A DNA stretch of 64,000 nt. It comes from an uncultured Thiomicrospira sp. GTDB lineage: Bacteria > Pseudomonadota > Gammaproteobacteria > CAKMZV01. The first letter of the stretch is position 1; every line of letters begins with the position of its first letter. This document shows, piece by piece, positions 49,742 through 60,246 of this stretch. The stretch covers positions 832,001 to 896,000 of the forward strand of contig OZ239628.1 in NCBI GenBank assembly GCA_965195345.1, written 5' to 3'. Under the pieces are notes generated by a model that saw only the letters and a program-made list of their open reading frames with translations, did no database searches and was not told the origin of the DNA. The position numbers and the translations under genes are program-made.

Positions 49742-50650
49742 TTACTTTTCAATAATTGAGAGTTCCTTTCCTCTTTGAAGTACAAAATCTCTAAATGCCC
49801 GCACGACTGGTGAAAGTCTTTTTCCTTTGCAGTGCACTAAATTCCAATGCTTTTGAATAGGTGTGCCGACAATGTCCAGTATGACCAAAGAATTGTTTTG
49901 TAATTCCATGTCAATGGTGTGAATAGAAGACAAGCCAAGCCCAAGACCCGCAGCTACCGCTTTTTTAATTGAATCATTGCTATTTAGTATATGCTCAATT
50001 TTGGGTGTTTTTCCTGTCAGAGAGAAAAAATTTTCAAGAGCTGAACGTGTTCCTGATTCAGGTTCTCTTGCAACAAAGGTTTCATTTTCAATGGCATCAA
50101 GGCTAATGTCTTCTTTTTTTGCAAGTGGATGGTCAGGAGGAGCAATGATTACTAAAGGATTTCTCAGAAATGGTTCTACCACAAGATCTGCACGTTCTGG
50201 CATTTGACCTATGATTACAACATCAACAGTATTATTAACCAAATTTTCTACTAACGTTTTACGATTGGTTACTTCAAAATCGAACTGTACAGAGGGGTGA
50301 ATTTTTCTAAAATCGGCAAGCAAATTTATCGAAAAGTGATTGGCTGTGGTGGTTACTGCTACTTTCAATCGACCTTTTTTTAATCCTCTAAGTGCCTGCA
50401 TCGACTCATCAGCTTCTTCAACGAGTCGTAGAATTGATCGGCTGTAATGACGAAACTCTTCACCTGCTTCAGTTAAGAATACTTTTTTTCCTATAAGCTC
50501 AAATAACGGCAGATTGATTTGATCTTCAAGCTGACGAACTTGCATGGATACTGCAGGTTGACTTAAATAAAGTAGCTCGGATGCTTTTGTATAGCTTGAA
50601 GTTTCGGCAACTTTTTCAAATACTTCAAGTTGTCTTAAAGTTACTCGCAT
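49742..50650 (-). CDS. LysR-family regulator, CbbR/CmpR-like
   Basis: TLRQLEVF...LSQPAVSMQVRQLE; NPLVIIAPPDHPL; REPESGTR. Confidence 0.9.
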   Translation of the reverse strand: MRVTLRQLEVFEKVAETSSYTKASELLYLSQPAVSMQVRQLEDQINLPLFELIGKKVFLTEAGEEFRHYSRSILRLVEEADESMQALRGLKKGRLKVAVTTTANHFSINLLADFRKIHPSVQFDFEVTNRKTLVENLVNNTVDVVIIGQMPERADLVVEPFLRNPLVIIAPPDHPLAKKEDISLDAIENETFVAREPESGTRSALENFFSLTGKTPKIEHILNSNDSIKKAVAAGLGLGLSSIHTIDMELQNNSLVILDIVGTPIQKHWNLVHCKGKRLSPVVRAFRDFVLQRGKELSIIEK

Positions 50651-50859
50651 TTAGACGGTTTGTATTGAATTTATTCCTATTGGCAACGAGGTGGTATTAT
50701 GACACATTTTGCCTGCGTCAATATACAAGTCCACTTTGTTTGCAAGTTGTTTTCACGATAAAACTACGGCATGGATGGTATTTATGGAGAGTGTGCCAAT
50801 GCACACCATATGACATAGTGTCGAATGAATATTTCTGAATTTAATGAAAATTTGTTATA

Positions 50860-51843
50860 GTGCGCGATATAAGGTTGAAATCTTTTGACAGAAGGAAAAA
50901 CATTGTGGTTTGTAAGTACAAAGTAGTTATGATAGGGCATCGTTTCATAGGGGATATGTTGATGGCTCAGCCTGCTATAGAGTGGTTGTCAGAATGTTCT
51001 GACTTTGAGACATATTTGATTGTTAAAAGCGACAGCGCTTTATGGATTAGTGCGAAATTTTTTCCGAAGAAGTTTATTTTCGTTTGCAAAGATAATAAAG
51101 CTTTGAAGAAAAAATTGATTGAGATTAATGCTAATATTGCCGTTCATTTTGATCGCTCGCTTGGTTCTGTAATTGCATCTGCATTTTCGGGAGTAAGATG
51201 CAGAGTTGGTACAAAGAGTGAGCTGAGGGAGTTTTTGTTGCATACCTATACGCCAATACTACCTAACCAGCATCATGTGGAGAGCAACTTGAAAGTGGTT
51301 GAGTCTTTGTGGAACTATTTGCAAAAAACACACACACATATAAATATTCCCAAATTGAAAAATAGTTTTCCGCGCATAGAAGGTTTTGCTCACTCCTGTG
51401 AAAAATCAGCTGTCATTCATATGGGAACAACGAGAGCTGCAAAAAATCCACCAAAACCGATTTATGTGAGCGTAATAAAACAAATTTTAGATGAAGGATT
51501 TAACATCACTTTAATTGGAGACGATAAAGACGGCGCTAAAGAGCTGATATTAGACTTTCCATCATTGGTCAACATGGTCGGGCAAACGTCACTTGAAGAT
51601 TGGTTTGAGCTAATAGCAAAAGCTTCTGTGGTTGTTAGTCCAGATACTGCGAGCATGCACATTGCTGCGGCATTGGGCATCAGAACAATAGCATTGTTTG
51701 GTAGTACAAATCCTCTTTTAACAGCAGGGCTTGGTAGTCAAGTCAAAGTAGTCAGTCATTCGGTGCCATGTTCGCCGTGTTATAGGGACATTTGCAAATT
51801 TAAAAAGTCTGATCAGCGGCATATGCAGTGCTTTAAAGTTTAA
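50860..51843 (+). CDS. Glycosyltransferase family 9 (LPS heptosyltransferase-like)
   Basis: IGDMLM..P, GQTSL, SPDTASMHIAAALG..TIALFG, CSPC; a possible 3' indel would extend it to about 51878. Confidence 0.88.
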   Translation: MRDIRLKSFDRRKNIVVCKYKVVMIGHRFIGDMLMAQPAIEWLSECSDFETYLIVKSDSALWISAKFFPKKFIFVCKDNKALKKKLIEINANIAVHFDRSLGSVIASAFSGVRCRVGTKSELREFLLHTYTPILPNQHHVESNLKVVESLWNYLQKTHTHINIPKLKNSFPRIEGFAHSCEKSAVIHMGTTRAAKNPPKPIYVSVIKQILDEGFNITLIGDDKDGAKELILDFPSLVNMVGQTSLEDWFELIAKASVVVSPDTASMHIAAALGIRTIALFGSTNPLLTAGLGSQVKVVSHSVPCSPCYRDICKFKKSDQRHMQCFKV

Positions 51844-51924
51844 CAAAGCAAATATTAGATGCGGTTTCTCGCCTCTAATTTCTAACTTAAAATCACATTT
51901 ATGATGAGCGGTTAAAATAAGTTT

Positions 51925-53058
51925 TTACGATGGAGAATAAGGTTTCGATTTATTAAAGATTACTGATAGCAACCCATTCCCATTGTTAAGGGTGCTAAGT
52001 TTTTGTTCAAAATGTAATGTTAAGATGCTTGAAAATAACATTGAAATGACGACTACAAGCGAGCCAAGCGATAGAGTGGCAAGTCCGCTGACGCCTTGCC
52101 CCACAGAGCAACCTAATGCTAATACTCCACCAACGCCTTGCAAAGCGCAGCCCAAAAACTGTCTTCCTATAGGCATCCATTTTAGATCATTGACTATGTG
52201 AAGCCCGTAGCGCAATTGACTTAGCAGCGACCCGCCGAATACCCCAATAAGCAACACAACTCCAAATGAAATGCTACTAATGGAGAAACCGGATATTGTC
52301 AAGTCGACCCAACTACGCGCTGGACCAATAAATGATAGTCCGCGTAGATCAAGCCCTTTGTGAATAGGCTCTGCCCATTGGGCTGCTTCACGTGCCTCTT
52401 CGCCCACAAAAGAAGTCGTGATAATCCATAATAAAGCAGCAGCAAAACCGATAGTAATCGCTCCACGACTTTCCAAAGAAAAAACTCCCACCTGCTTCAC
52501 TAAAATTAAAATTGCAATCACCGCCAGAAGCAAAATGCTCGATTTAAACCATAATTCTTCAATAGAAAACGTATAGGATAATAATGTTGTTATATCTTGT
52601 GATACTGGGAGCCTGACGGTTGATGCTTCAATAAGAGGTGAGAAAAGGGCGCTTTGGTCGTAAAAAATATATGAGACCACTGCAACAACAAATATACCAA
52701 AGAAACCAGAAGTCTGACCACGTCCAGCACGCACAATCAATCTCATTGGGCAACTGCGTATAATCGCCATACCTATTCCAAAAATTAAACCGCCGATAAT
52801 TAAACGCCCTAATGCTAAGTTAGAAGAGCGGTGGTATATTTCTGAAAAATCCATTTCTCCAAATAACTCAGCACTAACCATTATGCTGGTGCTAATGCAT
52901 AGTGCTAACATCCAAGATTTCAACCGAATATTGCTGCCTCCAAAAACAAAGTCACTGATCGCTCCCGACTGGCAGTATGAGCTTACAGAAGCAGCATATC
53001 CAGCAATTAGTCCAATTACTAAGACAATAGAGAGTAAAGTTAAAATTTCATTTTCCAT
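51925..53058 (-). CDS. YeeE/YedE family sulfur-compound transporter
   Basis: YCQSGAISD, GGLIFGIGM...SCP, GGVLALGCSVGQG.SG. Confidence 0.9.
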   Translation of the reverse strand: MENEILTLLSIVLVIGLIAGYAASVSSYCQSGAISDFVFGGSNIRLKSWMLALCISTSIMVSAELFGEMDFSEIYHRSSNLALGRLIIGGLIFGIGMAIIRSCPMRLIVRAGRGQTSGFFGIFVVAVVSYIFYDQSALFSPLIEASTVRLPVSQDITTLLSYTFSIEELWFKSSILLLAVIAILILVKQVGVFSLESRGAITIGFAAALLWIITTSFVGEEAREAAQWAEPIHKGLDLRGLSFIGPARSWVDLTISGFSISSISFGVVLLIGVFGGSLLSQLRYGLHIVNDLKWMPIGRQFLGCALQGVGGVLALGCSVGQGVSGLATLSLGSLVVVISMLFSSILTLHFEQKLSTLNNGNGLLSVIFNKSKPYSPS

Positions 53059-53157
53059 AACGTGAAACCGTTTGCTTATAAAATATTCTTGACGAAAAAA
53101 TGAACAATTGAATTAATTATAATACGTTGTAATTTCAAAAATTAGCTTGCTTGTTGA

Positions 53158-55470
53158 TCATCTATCTAAAATATCGATATTGTTTAGTGTTTTCCAACAC
53201 GCCTCAAACGTAGCAGGGGCGCATAAATTCTGACTGCTTCCAGTGGCATTGAACAAAGCATTTTTTATCGCAAGCCAAACAGAAATGGCAAGCATAAAAG
53301 GAGGTTCTCCAACGGCCTTCGATTTATAAATGGTGTTTTCAAAATTACTGTTATTCGGACGAATGTTTACGTTGAAATGTTTTGGTGTATCACCAATGCT
53401 TGGTATTTTATAGGTAGCTGGACCAGTCGTTGTAAGGCGTCCATCACTGTCCCATTGTAGTTCCTCAGTAGTTAACCACCCCATACCTTGAATAAAACCT
53501 CCAACAATTTGTCCCATATCTATTGCGGGGTTAAGAGAGGAACCAACATCATGCAGTATGTCGACAGCAAGCAGTTTGTACTCGCCAGTTAAGCAATCCA
53601 ATACTACTTCACTTAGTGCGACCCCATATGCGTAGTAATAGAATGGGGAACCTTTTGAAGTCGCAACATCAAAATGGATTTTGGGTGTTTTATAAAATCC
53701 ATTGCTAAACAGTTCAACTCGATTGGTGTAGGCTAAATGAATGAATTCATGAAAACTAAATTGTTTGTTGCCGATGTACACGGAAGATTCTTGGAAAATA
53801 ATTTCTTCCAGCTGAACAGCAAAGTGTTCTTTAGCAAAATGGATAAGATTATTCTTGATCTTCATACAAGCGTTGTACGTTGCCATGCCATTGAGATCAG
53901 AGCCAGAAGAAGCGGCAGTGGCAGAGGTGTTGGGAACTTTTGCAGTGCTGGCAGCCGATACTTTAATGGCGTCCAAGGTTACGCCAAAGACTTCGGCTAC
54001 AATTTGTGCGACTTTTGTATAAAGTCCTTGTCCCATTTCTGTGCCACCATGATTTACATAAATACTGCCGTCATGATATATATGAACGAGCGCACCCGCT
54101 TGATTAAGAAAAGTAGTTGTAAATGATATGCCAAACTTTACGGGGGATAATGCCAGTCCTTTTCTAAGGTACTTATTTTCTTTATTAAAGGCATCAATAG
54201 CCAAACGCCTCATTGCATAATCAGTATCGTTTATTAATTCTTCAGTTAGTTCCGATATGATGTTGTCTTCTATGACCTGCCCATAATGTGTTAAATTTTG
54301 AGGAGATTGTTTGCCATAATAATTGATTCGACGTATTTCGAGAGCATCCTTACTCAGAATTTGTGCGATGTTTTCAATGATGTTTTCTATTGCTAACATG
54401 CTTTGTGGGGCACCAAATCCTCTAAATGCAGTGTTGGATGCCGTATTCGTTTTGCATAAGTGTCCAGTGAAATGAGCGTTAGGTAAGTAATAGCAATTAT
54501 CGGAGTGGAAAAGGGTACGAGAGACAATGGCAAAGGAAAGATCAAGTGCGTAGCCACAACGAGCATAGTAATCTATTTTAACCCCGAGAATACGCCCATC
54601 ATCATCGAAGCCTACATCGTATTCAACATGGAAATCGTGACGTTTTCCAGTTAATTTAAAGTCCTCATTGCGAGGCAGTCGCGCTTTAACTGCACAATTA
54701 TTCCTTTTTGCGAATAAAGCGCAGATGCACGCAAGCTGACTTGAGTCGGTTTCCTTTCCGCCAAATGCTCCACCCATGCGACGATTTACTATTTCGACAC
54801 TGTGCTGAGCAACACCTAATATGTGTGCTACAAGGTGTTGTACTTCTGTTGGATTTTGTGTCGAGGAGTGCACCAACATTTGTTTATCCTCAAGTGGTAT
54901 GGCAAGAGCTGCTTGAGACTCAAGATAAAAGTGTTCCTGTCCGCCAATAGTAAACGTGCCCTTTAGGTTCTCAGGCGCATTTTTAATGGCACTCTCCGCG
55001 CTTCCAGATTGCATGACAATCGGTTCACGTAAAAAACTTGAAGCATTTTTAGCATCAAGTGGCGTAACAATTGGGGTATGTGACGTAATGTCGGCACGAA
55101 TTAATTTTGCAGCAAGTTGCGCTTGCTCTTCGCTTTTAGCAAGGATAGCGCATAAGGCTTGTCCGTAGAAAGACACATCGTTTTGTGCTAACAAAGGAGT
55201 ATCTTTTATTACTGGACCAATCAAATTATAGGTGATGTCTTCTGCTAGAAGAATATCTACAACACCTTCTACATTACGAGCATCTTCCAAATGAATGGCA
55301 TTTATAGTACCTTTTGCATATTGGCTTGTTGCAAAAGCAACATGTTTTGTTCCGATAGGTGCCGTTATGTCATCAACATAAATTGCTTCTCCACTGACAT
55401 GTTGCCATGCACTTTCGTGGTGCCTTTCAGATCCGATGATTGGTGCTTTCATGATAGGTACTTTGGGCAA
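53158..55470 (-). CDS. xdhB: Xanthine dehydrogenase molybdopterin subunit
   Basis: GGQEHFYLE, RRMGGAFGGKE, AFRGFGAPQ, GGTEMGQGL, SKAVGEPP. Confidence 0.97.
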   Translation of the reverse strand: MPKVPIMKAPIIGSERHHESAWQHVSGEAIYVDDITAPIGTKHVAFATSQYAKGTINAIHLEDARNVEGVVDILLAEDITYNLIGPVIKDTPLLAQNDVSFYGQALCAILAKSEEQAQLAAKLIRADITSHTPIVTPLDAKNASSFLREPIVMQSGSAESAIKNAPENLKGTFTIGGQEHFYLESQAALAIPLEDKQMLVHSSTQNPTEVQHLVAHILGVAQHSVEIVNRRMGGAFGGKETDSSQLACICALFAKRNNCAVKARLPRNEDFKLTGKRHDFHVEYDVGFDDDGRILGVKIDYYARCGYALDLSFAIVSRTLFHSDNCYYLPNAHFTGHLCKTNTASNTAFRGFGAPQSMLAIENIIENIAQILSKDALEIRRINYYGKQSPQNLTHYGQVIEDNIISELTEELINDTDYAMRRLAIDAFNKENKYLRKGLALSPVKFGISFTTTFLNQAGALVHIYHDGSIYVNHGGTEMGQGLYTKVAQIVAEVFGVTLDAIKVSAASTAKVPNTSATAASSGSDLNGMATYNACMKIKNNLIHFAKEHFAVQLEEIIFQESSVYIGNKQFSFHEFIHLAYTNRVELFSNGFYKTPKIHFDVATSKGSPFYYYAYGVALSEVVLDCLTGEYKLLAVDILHDVGSSLNPAIDMGQIVGGFIQGMGWLTTEELQWDSDGRLTTTGPATYKIPSIGDTPKHFNVNIRPNNSNFENTIYKSKAVGEPPFMLAISVWLAIKNALFNATGSSQNLCAPATFEACWKTLNNIDILDR

Positions 55471-56902
55471 GATTAGTTATTGGTTGACCATCAAGTTGCA
55501 TTAAACTTTTGAAAACCAGCTGGGCTGCCATATCAAGTCGATACGCAGCACTAGCGCGCATATCGCTGATTGGAGTAAAGCCTTCATTTAAAATATTGTG
55601 CAATTCTTTTTTGATGTCAATGCGGGTTAATACTTCAGTTAATTCTTGCCCTTGTAGAAAGGCCTCTAAATGTTTTGATCGTTTAGGGATTTCAGCCATA
55701 CCGCCAAAGGCAATGGAGCAATATTTGATTGTATTTTCAACCAATGTTGCGTTAAATGCACACGAGACGGTAGAAATGTCATCATCGTATCTTTTCGATA
55801 TTTTGTGCATGATTAGATGCTGGTTTTTCTGTGCTTTAGGAATGCTTATTCTTTGTAGAAAAGCATCGGGAGAAAGTGCTGTTTTTTTGTAGCTTAGGTA
55901 AAAATCTTGAAGAGAGATTTTTTTGTCGCCGTGAGCATCGGTGAGTATGATGTGTGCACCAAGCGCAATAAAAGCAGGAGGTAAGTCGGCTATTGGAGAA
56001 GCATTGACTATGTTTCCGCCCAAAGTGCCCCAGTTTCGGATTTGATCAGAGGCGAAACGTTGTATGTAGGAAATAAAAGTTGGGAATTGTTTTATCAAAT
56101 GAGGTTGTGCATCGGTCAGAGAAACCATAGCACCAAAAACAATCATGTTATCTTGTTCTGTGATTTGTTTTAATTCTTCAACATGTTGTAAGCTAATAAT
56201 GTGATCAAAACGGTTGTGCAACTGGGTTAGTTCAAGGTTTAAATCAGTTCCTCCAGCGAGGATGCGAGCTTTGGGGTACTTGGCAATGCATTTGACAACG
56301 CTGTCAATGGATGTTGGATACGACACGTCGCTTACGTGGCGTTTGGCATTATTGATCTCTTGGAGTTTTTTGAAAATATCTTGTTGATTGCTGAGATAGT
56401 AATCAACGAAGCCTTGACGTTTTAATTCAAAAGAAGCAAGAGCAGATTCAATAATTGATCGATAACCTGTGCAACGACATAAATTGCCTGCAAGAGCACT
56501 CTCTATAATCTGTAAATTCGCATCATCACGATTTTGAAACAAGCAAAAGAGCGACATAATGAAACCTGGGGTGCAAAATCCGCATTGTGAACCGTGATAT
56601 TTGACCATAGTTTGTTGCACGGGATGAGTTTGTTCACCATCCTTCAACCCTTCAACAGTAATTAAGTGCTTGCCAGCCAATATGGATGATGAAGCAATGC
56701 AGGTATTGATGCTACGGTATCGTACGCCAGTGCCAATGCATTCTCCAATGACGGCTGTACAAGCACCGCAGTCGCCTGAAGCGCAACCCTCTTTAGTGCC
56801 TATCCACCCTTGTTGTCGAAGTAACTGTAGTACGGTAGTGTTGGCACAAGGTGTTGTAATCTTAATGGGTTGAGATTGTCGATTAAAAAGATACTGCATC
56901 AA
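55427..56902 (-). CDS. xdhA: Xanthine dehydrogenase small (Fe-S/FAD) subunit
   Basis: GTKEGCASGDCGAC, SQCGFCTPG, GNLCRCTGY, AGGTD, KISKR..DDIS. Confidence 0.97.
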   Translation of the reverse strand: MMQYLFNRQSQPIKITTPCANTTVLQLLRQQGWIGTKEGCASGDCGACTAVIGECIGTGVRYRSINTCIASSSILAGKHLITVEGLKDGEQTHPVQQTMVKYHGSQCGFCTPGFIMSLFCLFQNRDDANLQIIESALAGNLCRCTGYRSIIESALASFELKRQGFVDYYLSNQQDIFKKLQEINNAKRHVSDVSYPTSIDSVVKCIAKYPKARILAGGTDLNLELTQLHNRFDHIISLQHVEELKQITEQDNMIVFGAMVSLTDAQPHLIKQFPTFISYIQRFASDQIRNWGTLGGNIVNASPIADLPPAFIALGAHIILTDAHGDKKISLQDFYLSYKKTALSPDAFLQRISIPKAQKNQHLIMHKISKRYDDDISTVSCAFNATLVENTIKYCSIAFGGMAEIPKRSKHLEAFLQGQELTEVLTRIDIKKELHNILNEGFTPISDMRASAAYRLDMAAQLVFKSLMQLDGQPITNLAQSTYHESTNHRI

Positions 56903-57237
56903 CTGCCACGATAAGTTGAGTAGGAAAATGGAGAAATAAGCAGAGGAATATGATAATTTGCAGAGTCATCGTCAACTTGAAAACGGATGATGACATCATC
57001 AAGAAATGGGCTATGTACGTTGTTATCCGTGTAGTATCTGCCTACATCAAATACTATTTCATAGCTACCAATTTCTAACGACGATAATAACGGTTTATCG
57101 CAGCGGCCATCATTGTTGGTGCGTACTTTTGTAATTAAAGTCGATTGGTCGCCGTTCCTTTTATAAAGAGCGAGGGTAACGTTGGATGCTGGTTTTCCAA
57201 TCATAGTGTCGAGGACGTGTGTGCTTATTTTACTCAT
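56899..57237 (-). CDS. uraH: 5-hydroxyisourate hydrolase
   Basis: STHVLD...YHIPLL.SPFSYSTYRGS. Confidence 0.97.
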   Translation of the reverse strand: MSKISTHVLDTMIGKPASNVTLALYKRNGDQSTLITKVRTNNDGRCDKPLLSSLEIGSYEIVFDVGRYYTDNNVHSPFLDDVIIRFQVDDDSANYHIPLLISPFSYSTYRGS

Positions 57238-57243
57238 ATAGAA

Positions 57244-58554
57244 CTACCTATTCTGATTTCTCTTGCTGTACTGTATTTTGCCGCATATATGTGTTTCGCT
57301 AATGAGTCTATCATCACCTAACATCATCAAAGCAAACAATTTTTCTTCAATTTTTGAAGTGACACTTAATCGTTCTTTGATCAATTCGGTTGCTTCAAGA
57401 TCGATAACGATAAAGTCCGCTTCTTTGCCTTTTTCAAAATTCCCAAGACAATCGTCAATGCTAAGTACCTTAGCAGCACCTAATGTGGTCAAATAAAAAG
57501 CTTTACTCGCTTCGAGACTGTATCCCTCTAATTGACATATTTTATAAGCTTGGTTCATTACATCGAACATTGAAAAAGAATCGCCTCCGCCAATGTCGCT
57601 TGCCAAAGCACATTCAATGCCGAACTTTTCAAGTTGCGCCAAATCAAAAAGCCCACTGCCCAGGAATAAGTTTGAAGAGGGGCACAGAGCAACTTTTGAA
57701 CCGCTATCACCAAGTAGTTTTAGCTCATCCATTTGATTGTGTATGCAATGTCCAAATACAGAGTGTTCGGACAAAATTTCGTAAGTATCATACACATCAA
57801 GATAGTTTTTATTATCAGGATAGAGCTTTTTCACCCAATTAATCTCGTCAACATTTTCATTAATATGCGTTTGTAATAGGACACTTTTCTGTGTTGCATT
57901 TCCTTGAAACTCTTTTAGCAATAGTCCCGCTAACCGAAGCTGTTCAGGAGAGGAGGTGGGTGCAAAACGAGGAGTTACTGAATATAACAATCGTCCATTG
58001 CAGTGCCATTTTTCAATAAGTTCTTTTGAGTGGCGATAACTCGTTTTAGCCTCATCACAAAGAGGCTCTGGTGCGTTTCGGTCCATCATGACTTTGCCAC
58101 CCAACATGCGCATGTTGCGTTCAATAGCTTCTTCAAAATAGGCATCAACAGAATGTACATGTGAGGTGCAAAAAGACATAGCAGTTGTTGTGCCATTACG
58201 CAAAATTTCTTCAAAAAATAATTTGGCAATTTCCTTGGCATAGCTTGCATTACAAAATTTCTGCTCTTCTACAAAAGTATAAGTATTGAGCCAATCGATT
58301 AATTTCTTGCCGTAAGAACCGATAATTTTATATTGAGGGTAGTGGAGATGTGAGTCAATAAAACCGGGCATAATTAACGCGTTTTGATACTCGGTGAATG
58401 GCGCATTAACAAATTGAGTATAAATATCATCAAAAGCCCCAACTTGTTCAATTTTTCCATCTTTGACGACCAATAATCCGTCTTCAAAAAACTCAAAATG
58501 CGTAGCATTTAAAGAATGAAAAATCGCTGCTCTGAATAGTTTCAAATTATTCAT
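57244..58554 (-). CDS. guaD: Guanine deaminase
   Basis: PGFIDSHLHYPQ, TPRFAPTS, QTHINEN, CPSSNLFLGSG, LGDDR; likely ATG at 58554. Confidence 0.96.
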   Translation of the reverse strand: MNNLKLFRAAIFHSLNATHFEFFEDGLLVVKDGKIEQVGAFDDIYTQFVNAPFTEYQNALIMPGFIDSHLHYPQYKIIGSYGKKLIDWLNTYTFVEEQKFCNASYAKEIAKLFFEEILRNGTTTAMSFCTSHVHSVDAYFEEAIERNMRMLGGKVMMDRNAPEPLCDEAKTSYRHSKELIEKWHCNGRLLYSVTPRFAPTSSPEQLRLAGLLLKEFQGNATQKSVLLQTHINENVDEINWVKKLYPDNKNYLDVYDTYEILSEHSVFGHCIHNQMDELKLLGDSGSKVALCPSSNLFLGSGLFDLAQLEKFGIECALASDIGGGDSFSMFDVMNQAYKICQLEGYSLEASKAFYLTTLGAAKVLSIDDCLGNFEKGKEADFIVIDLEATELIKERLSVTSKIEEKLFALMMLGDDRLISETHICGKIQYSKRNQNR

Positions 58555-59728
58555 TTGTTTTAAATTGTAAAATCCATTGTGCCAAAAGCACTCTTTCAGC
58601 ATCGGTCATTTTAGTTATATTGTTAAAAGGCATCGATTGGGTAGCAATTGTGCGTGCGTAGATGGCGTCAACGGATGCTTCTATTTGAGCTTGTGTATCG
58701 AGTTTAAATCCAGCGGGAGCTGTTTTGAATAACTGATCGATTGGAGAGGATGAATGACAGGTCACACATCTTTGGTGAATGATTTTTTTAATAACACCAA
58801 AGTGAACATGCTGATTATTTTCTACTTGTAATGTAGGTGGTTTGAGACCAAATATAAGACCAGCAAGCAAGAGAATGATGACGCTGATATGTCCCTTTAC
58901 AGGTTTATTTTCACTGTACAAATTGAATACATGGCGGATCACCATGGCGAGTATGCAAACTAATGAGAGAACCACCCAGTTATTTTCCACTTCATATATG
59001 AATGGAAAATGTCCGCTTATCATGAGAAAAACGACAGGAAGAGTGAAATAGTTATTGTGGCGTGAGCGAATGTAGCCTTTATAACCCAGTCGTTTGCTAA
59101 CAGGGGTTTTGTTAGTGCAGGCTTGAATGAGTTTTTTCTGGATAGGAATGATAACAAAAAAAACGTTTGCAACCATTATTGTTCCGATCATTGCACCAAT
59201 TTGGATAAACAATGCGCGAGATGTGAAAAAATGGTGATAGAAATACGCGGCAAAAGTAAATATTGTAATAATAATTGCAATCATTACATTGTGATTACTT
59301 GCAATCTTACTACGACATAAAAGGTCATAAATAACCCATGTGATGAATATTCCAGAAATGCTTAGAATACATGCCACCAAAGGGCTCATTCCGTTATCGG
59401 TAGCAATGAGGTAGGAAGAAGCGTTGAGATAATACACGACAGCGAGCAATGCCATGCCACTTAACCAAGTAACATAGGCTTCCCACTTAAACCAATGAAG
59501 AGGAGAGGGCAAGTCATCGGGGTAGGTGGTGTATTTCTCAAGGAAATAGAAGCCACCACCATGTACAGCCCAAAGTGTGCCTGCAATGCCTTGTCGTTGC
59601 GGTGGTTTGCGGTTGAGTTTGTTCTCAAGTGCATTGAAGTAAAAAGATGCTCCAATCCAAGCAATACCCGCAATGATATGCAGAAATCGTAGACTGAGGT
59701 GAAGCCAATCAATTAAATAAGCACTCAT
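58547..59728 (-). CDS. puuD: Membrane urate hydroxylase PuuD with C-terminal cytochrome c
   Basis: HIIAGIAWIGASFYF, WAVHGGGFY, HWFKWEAY, RSRHNNYFTLP, CVTCH. Confidence 0.95.
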   Translation of the reverse strand: MSAYLIDWLHLSLRFLHIIAGIAWIGASFYFNALENKLNRKPPQRQGIAGTLWAVHGGGFYFLEKYTTYPDDLPSPLHWFKWEAYVTWLSGMALLAVVYYLNASSYLIATDNGMSPLVACILSISGIFITWVIYDLLCRSKIASNHNVMIAIIITIFTFAAYFYHHFFTSRALFIQIGAMIGTIMVANVFFVIIPIQKKLIQACTNKTPVSKRLGYKGYIRSRHNNYFTLPVVFLMISGHFPFIYEVENNWVVLSLVCILAMVIRHVFNLYSENKPVKGHISVIILLLAGLIFGLKPPTLQVENNQHVHFGVIKKIIHQRCVTCHSSSPIDQLFKTAPAGFKLDTQAQIEASVDAIYARTIATQSMPFNNITKMTDAERVLLAQWILQFKTNE

Positions 59729-60246
59729 AAAAAAATTCGTGCTTTAGGTTCATTGAAGTAGTGCTCAATACAAATTTGTTCAGGACGTGTTGGTGTATTT
59801 GTATCAGCGCGATCAATGACAATGAAAGCTTCATCGTCAAGTGAACTAATCAATGGATAATGCCATGTATTGCGATGGAAATTGATACCTTGTTTACCGT
59901 TTGTTGTGAAGGATGTAATGCTTTCAATATCCGGTTCAGTATCTCCTTGAGCAACCACAACAATAAATGGATGGGCGCTTTTTGGTATAAAAGCTTGGCT
60001 GAATGGATGTTTTTCTAACATGTCTATGTAGATAGGAGAGGGGCGTTTAAAACCAATAAATAAATGAACGCCAGTTCGACCATTCAAAAATGATGAATCA
60101 ATATTAGTAAGGTTAGCGTATTTTTTAGTGTATCCATTGTTGATGAGAGTGTGTGGCTTGTTCTCGATAGTAATGATTTCTCCAAAGGGGGCAAATTTTT
60201 TTTCGCTAATTGGTTGCGCTACTAAATTTATCATTGTCGATTTCAT
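59725..60246 (-). CDS. allA: Ureidoglycolate lyase
   Basis: FAPFG, LEKHP.SQAFIP, QGINFHRNTWH. Confidence 0.92.
   Translation of the reverse strand: MKSTMINLVAQPISEKKFAPFGEIITIENKPHTLINNGYTKKYANLTNIDSSFLNGRTGVHLFIGFKRPSPIYIDMLEKHPFSQAFIPKSAHPFIVVVAQGDTEPDIESITSFTTNGKQGINFHRNTWHYPLISSLDDEAFIVIDRADTNTPTRPEQICIEHYFNEPKARIFL

Noticed and set aside
49742-50650. CbbR as evidence of a RuBisCO operon
   Set aside because: CbbR-like sequence, but no cbb genes are adjacent; autotrophy cannot be inferred from this window
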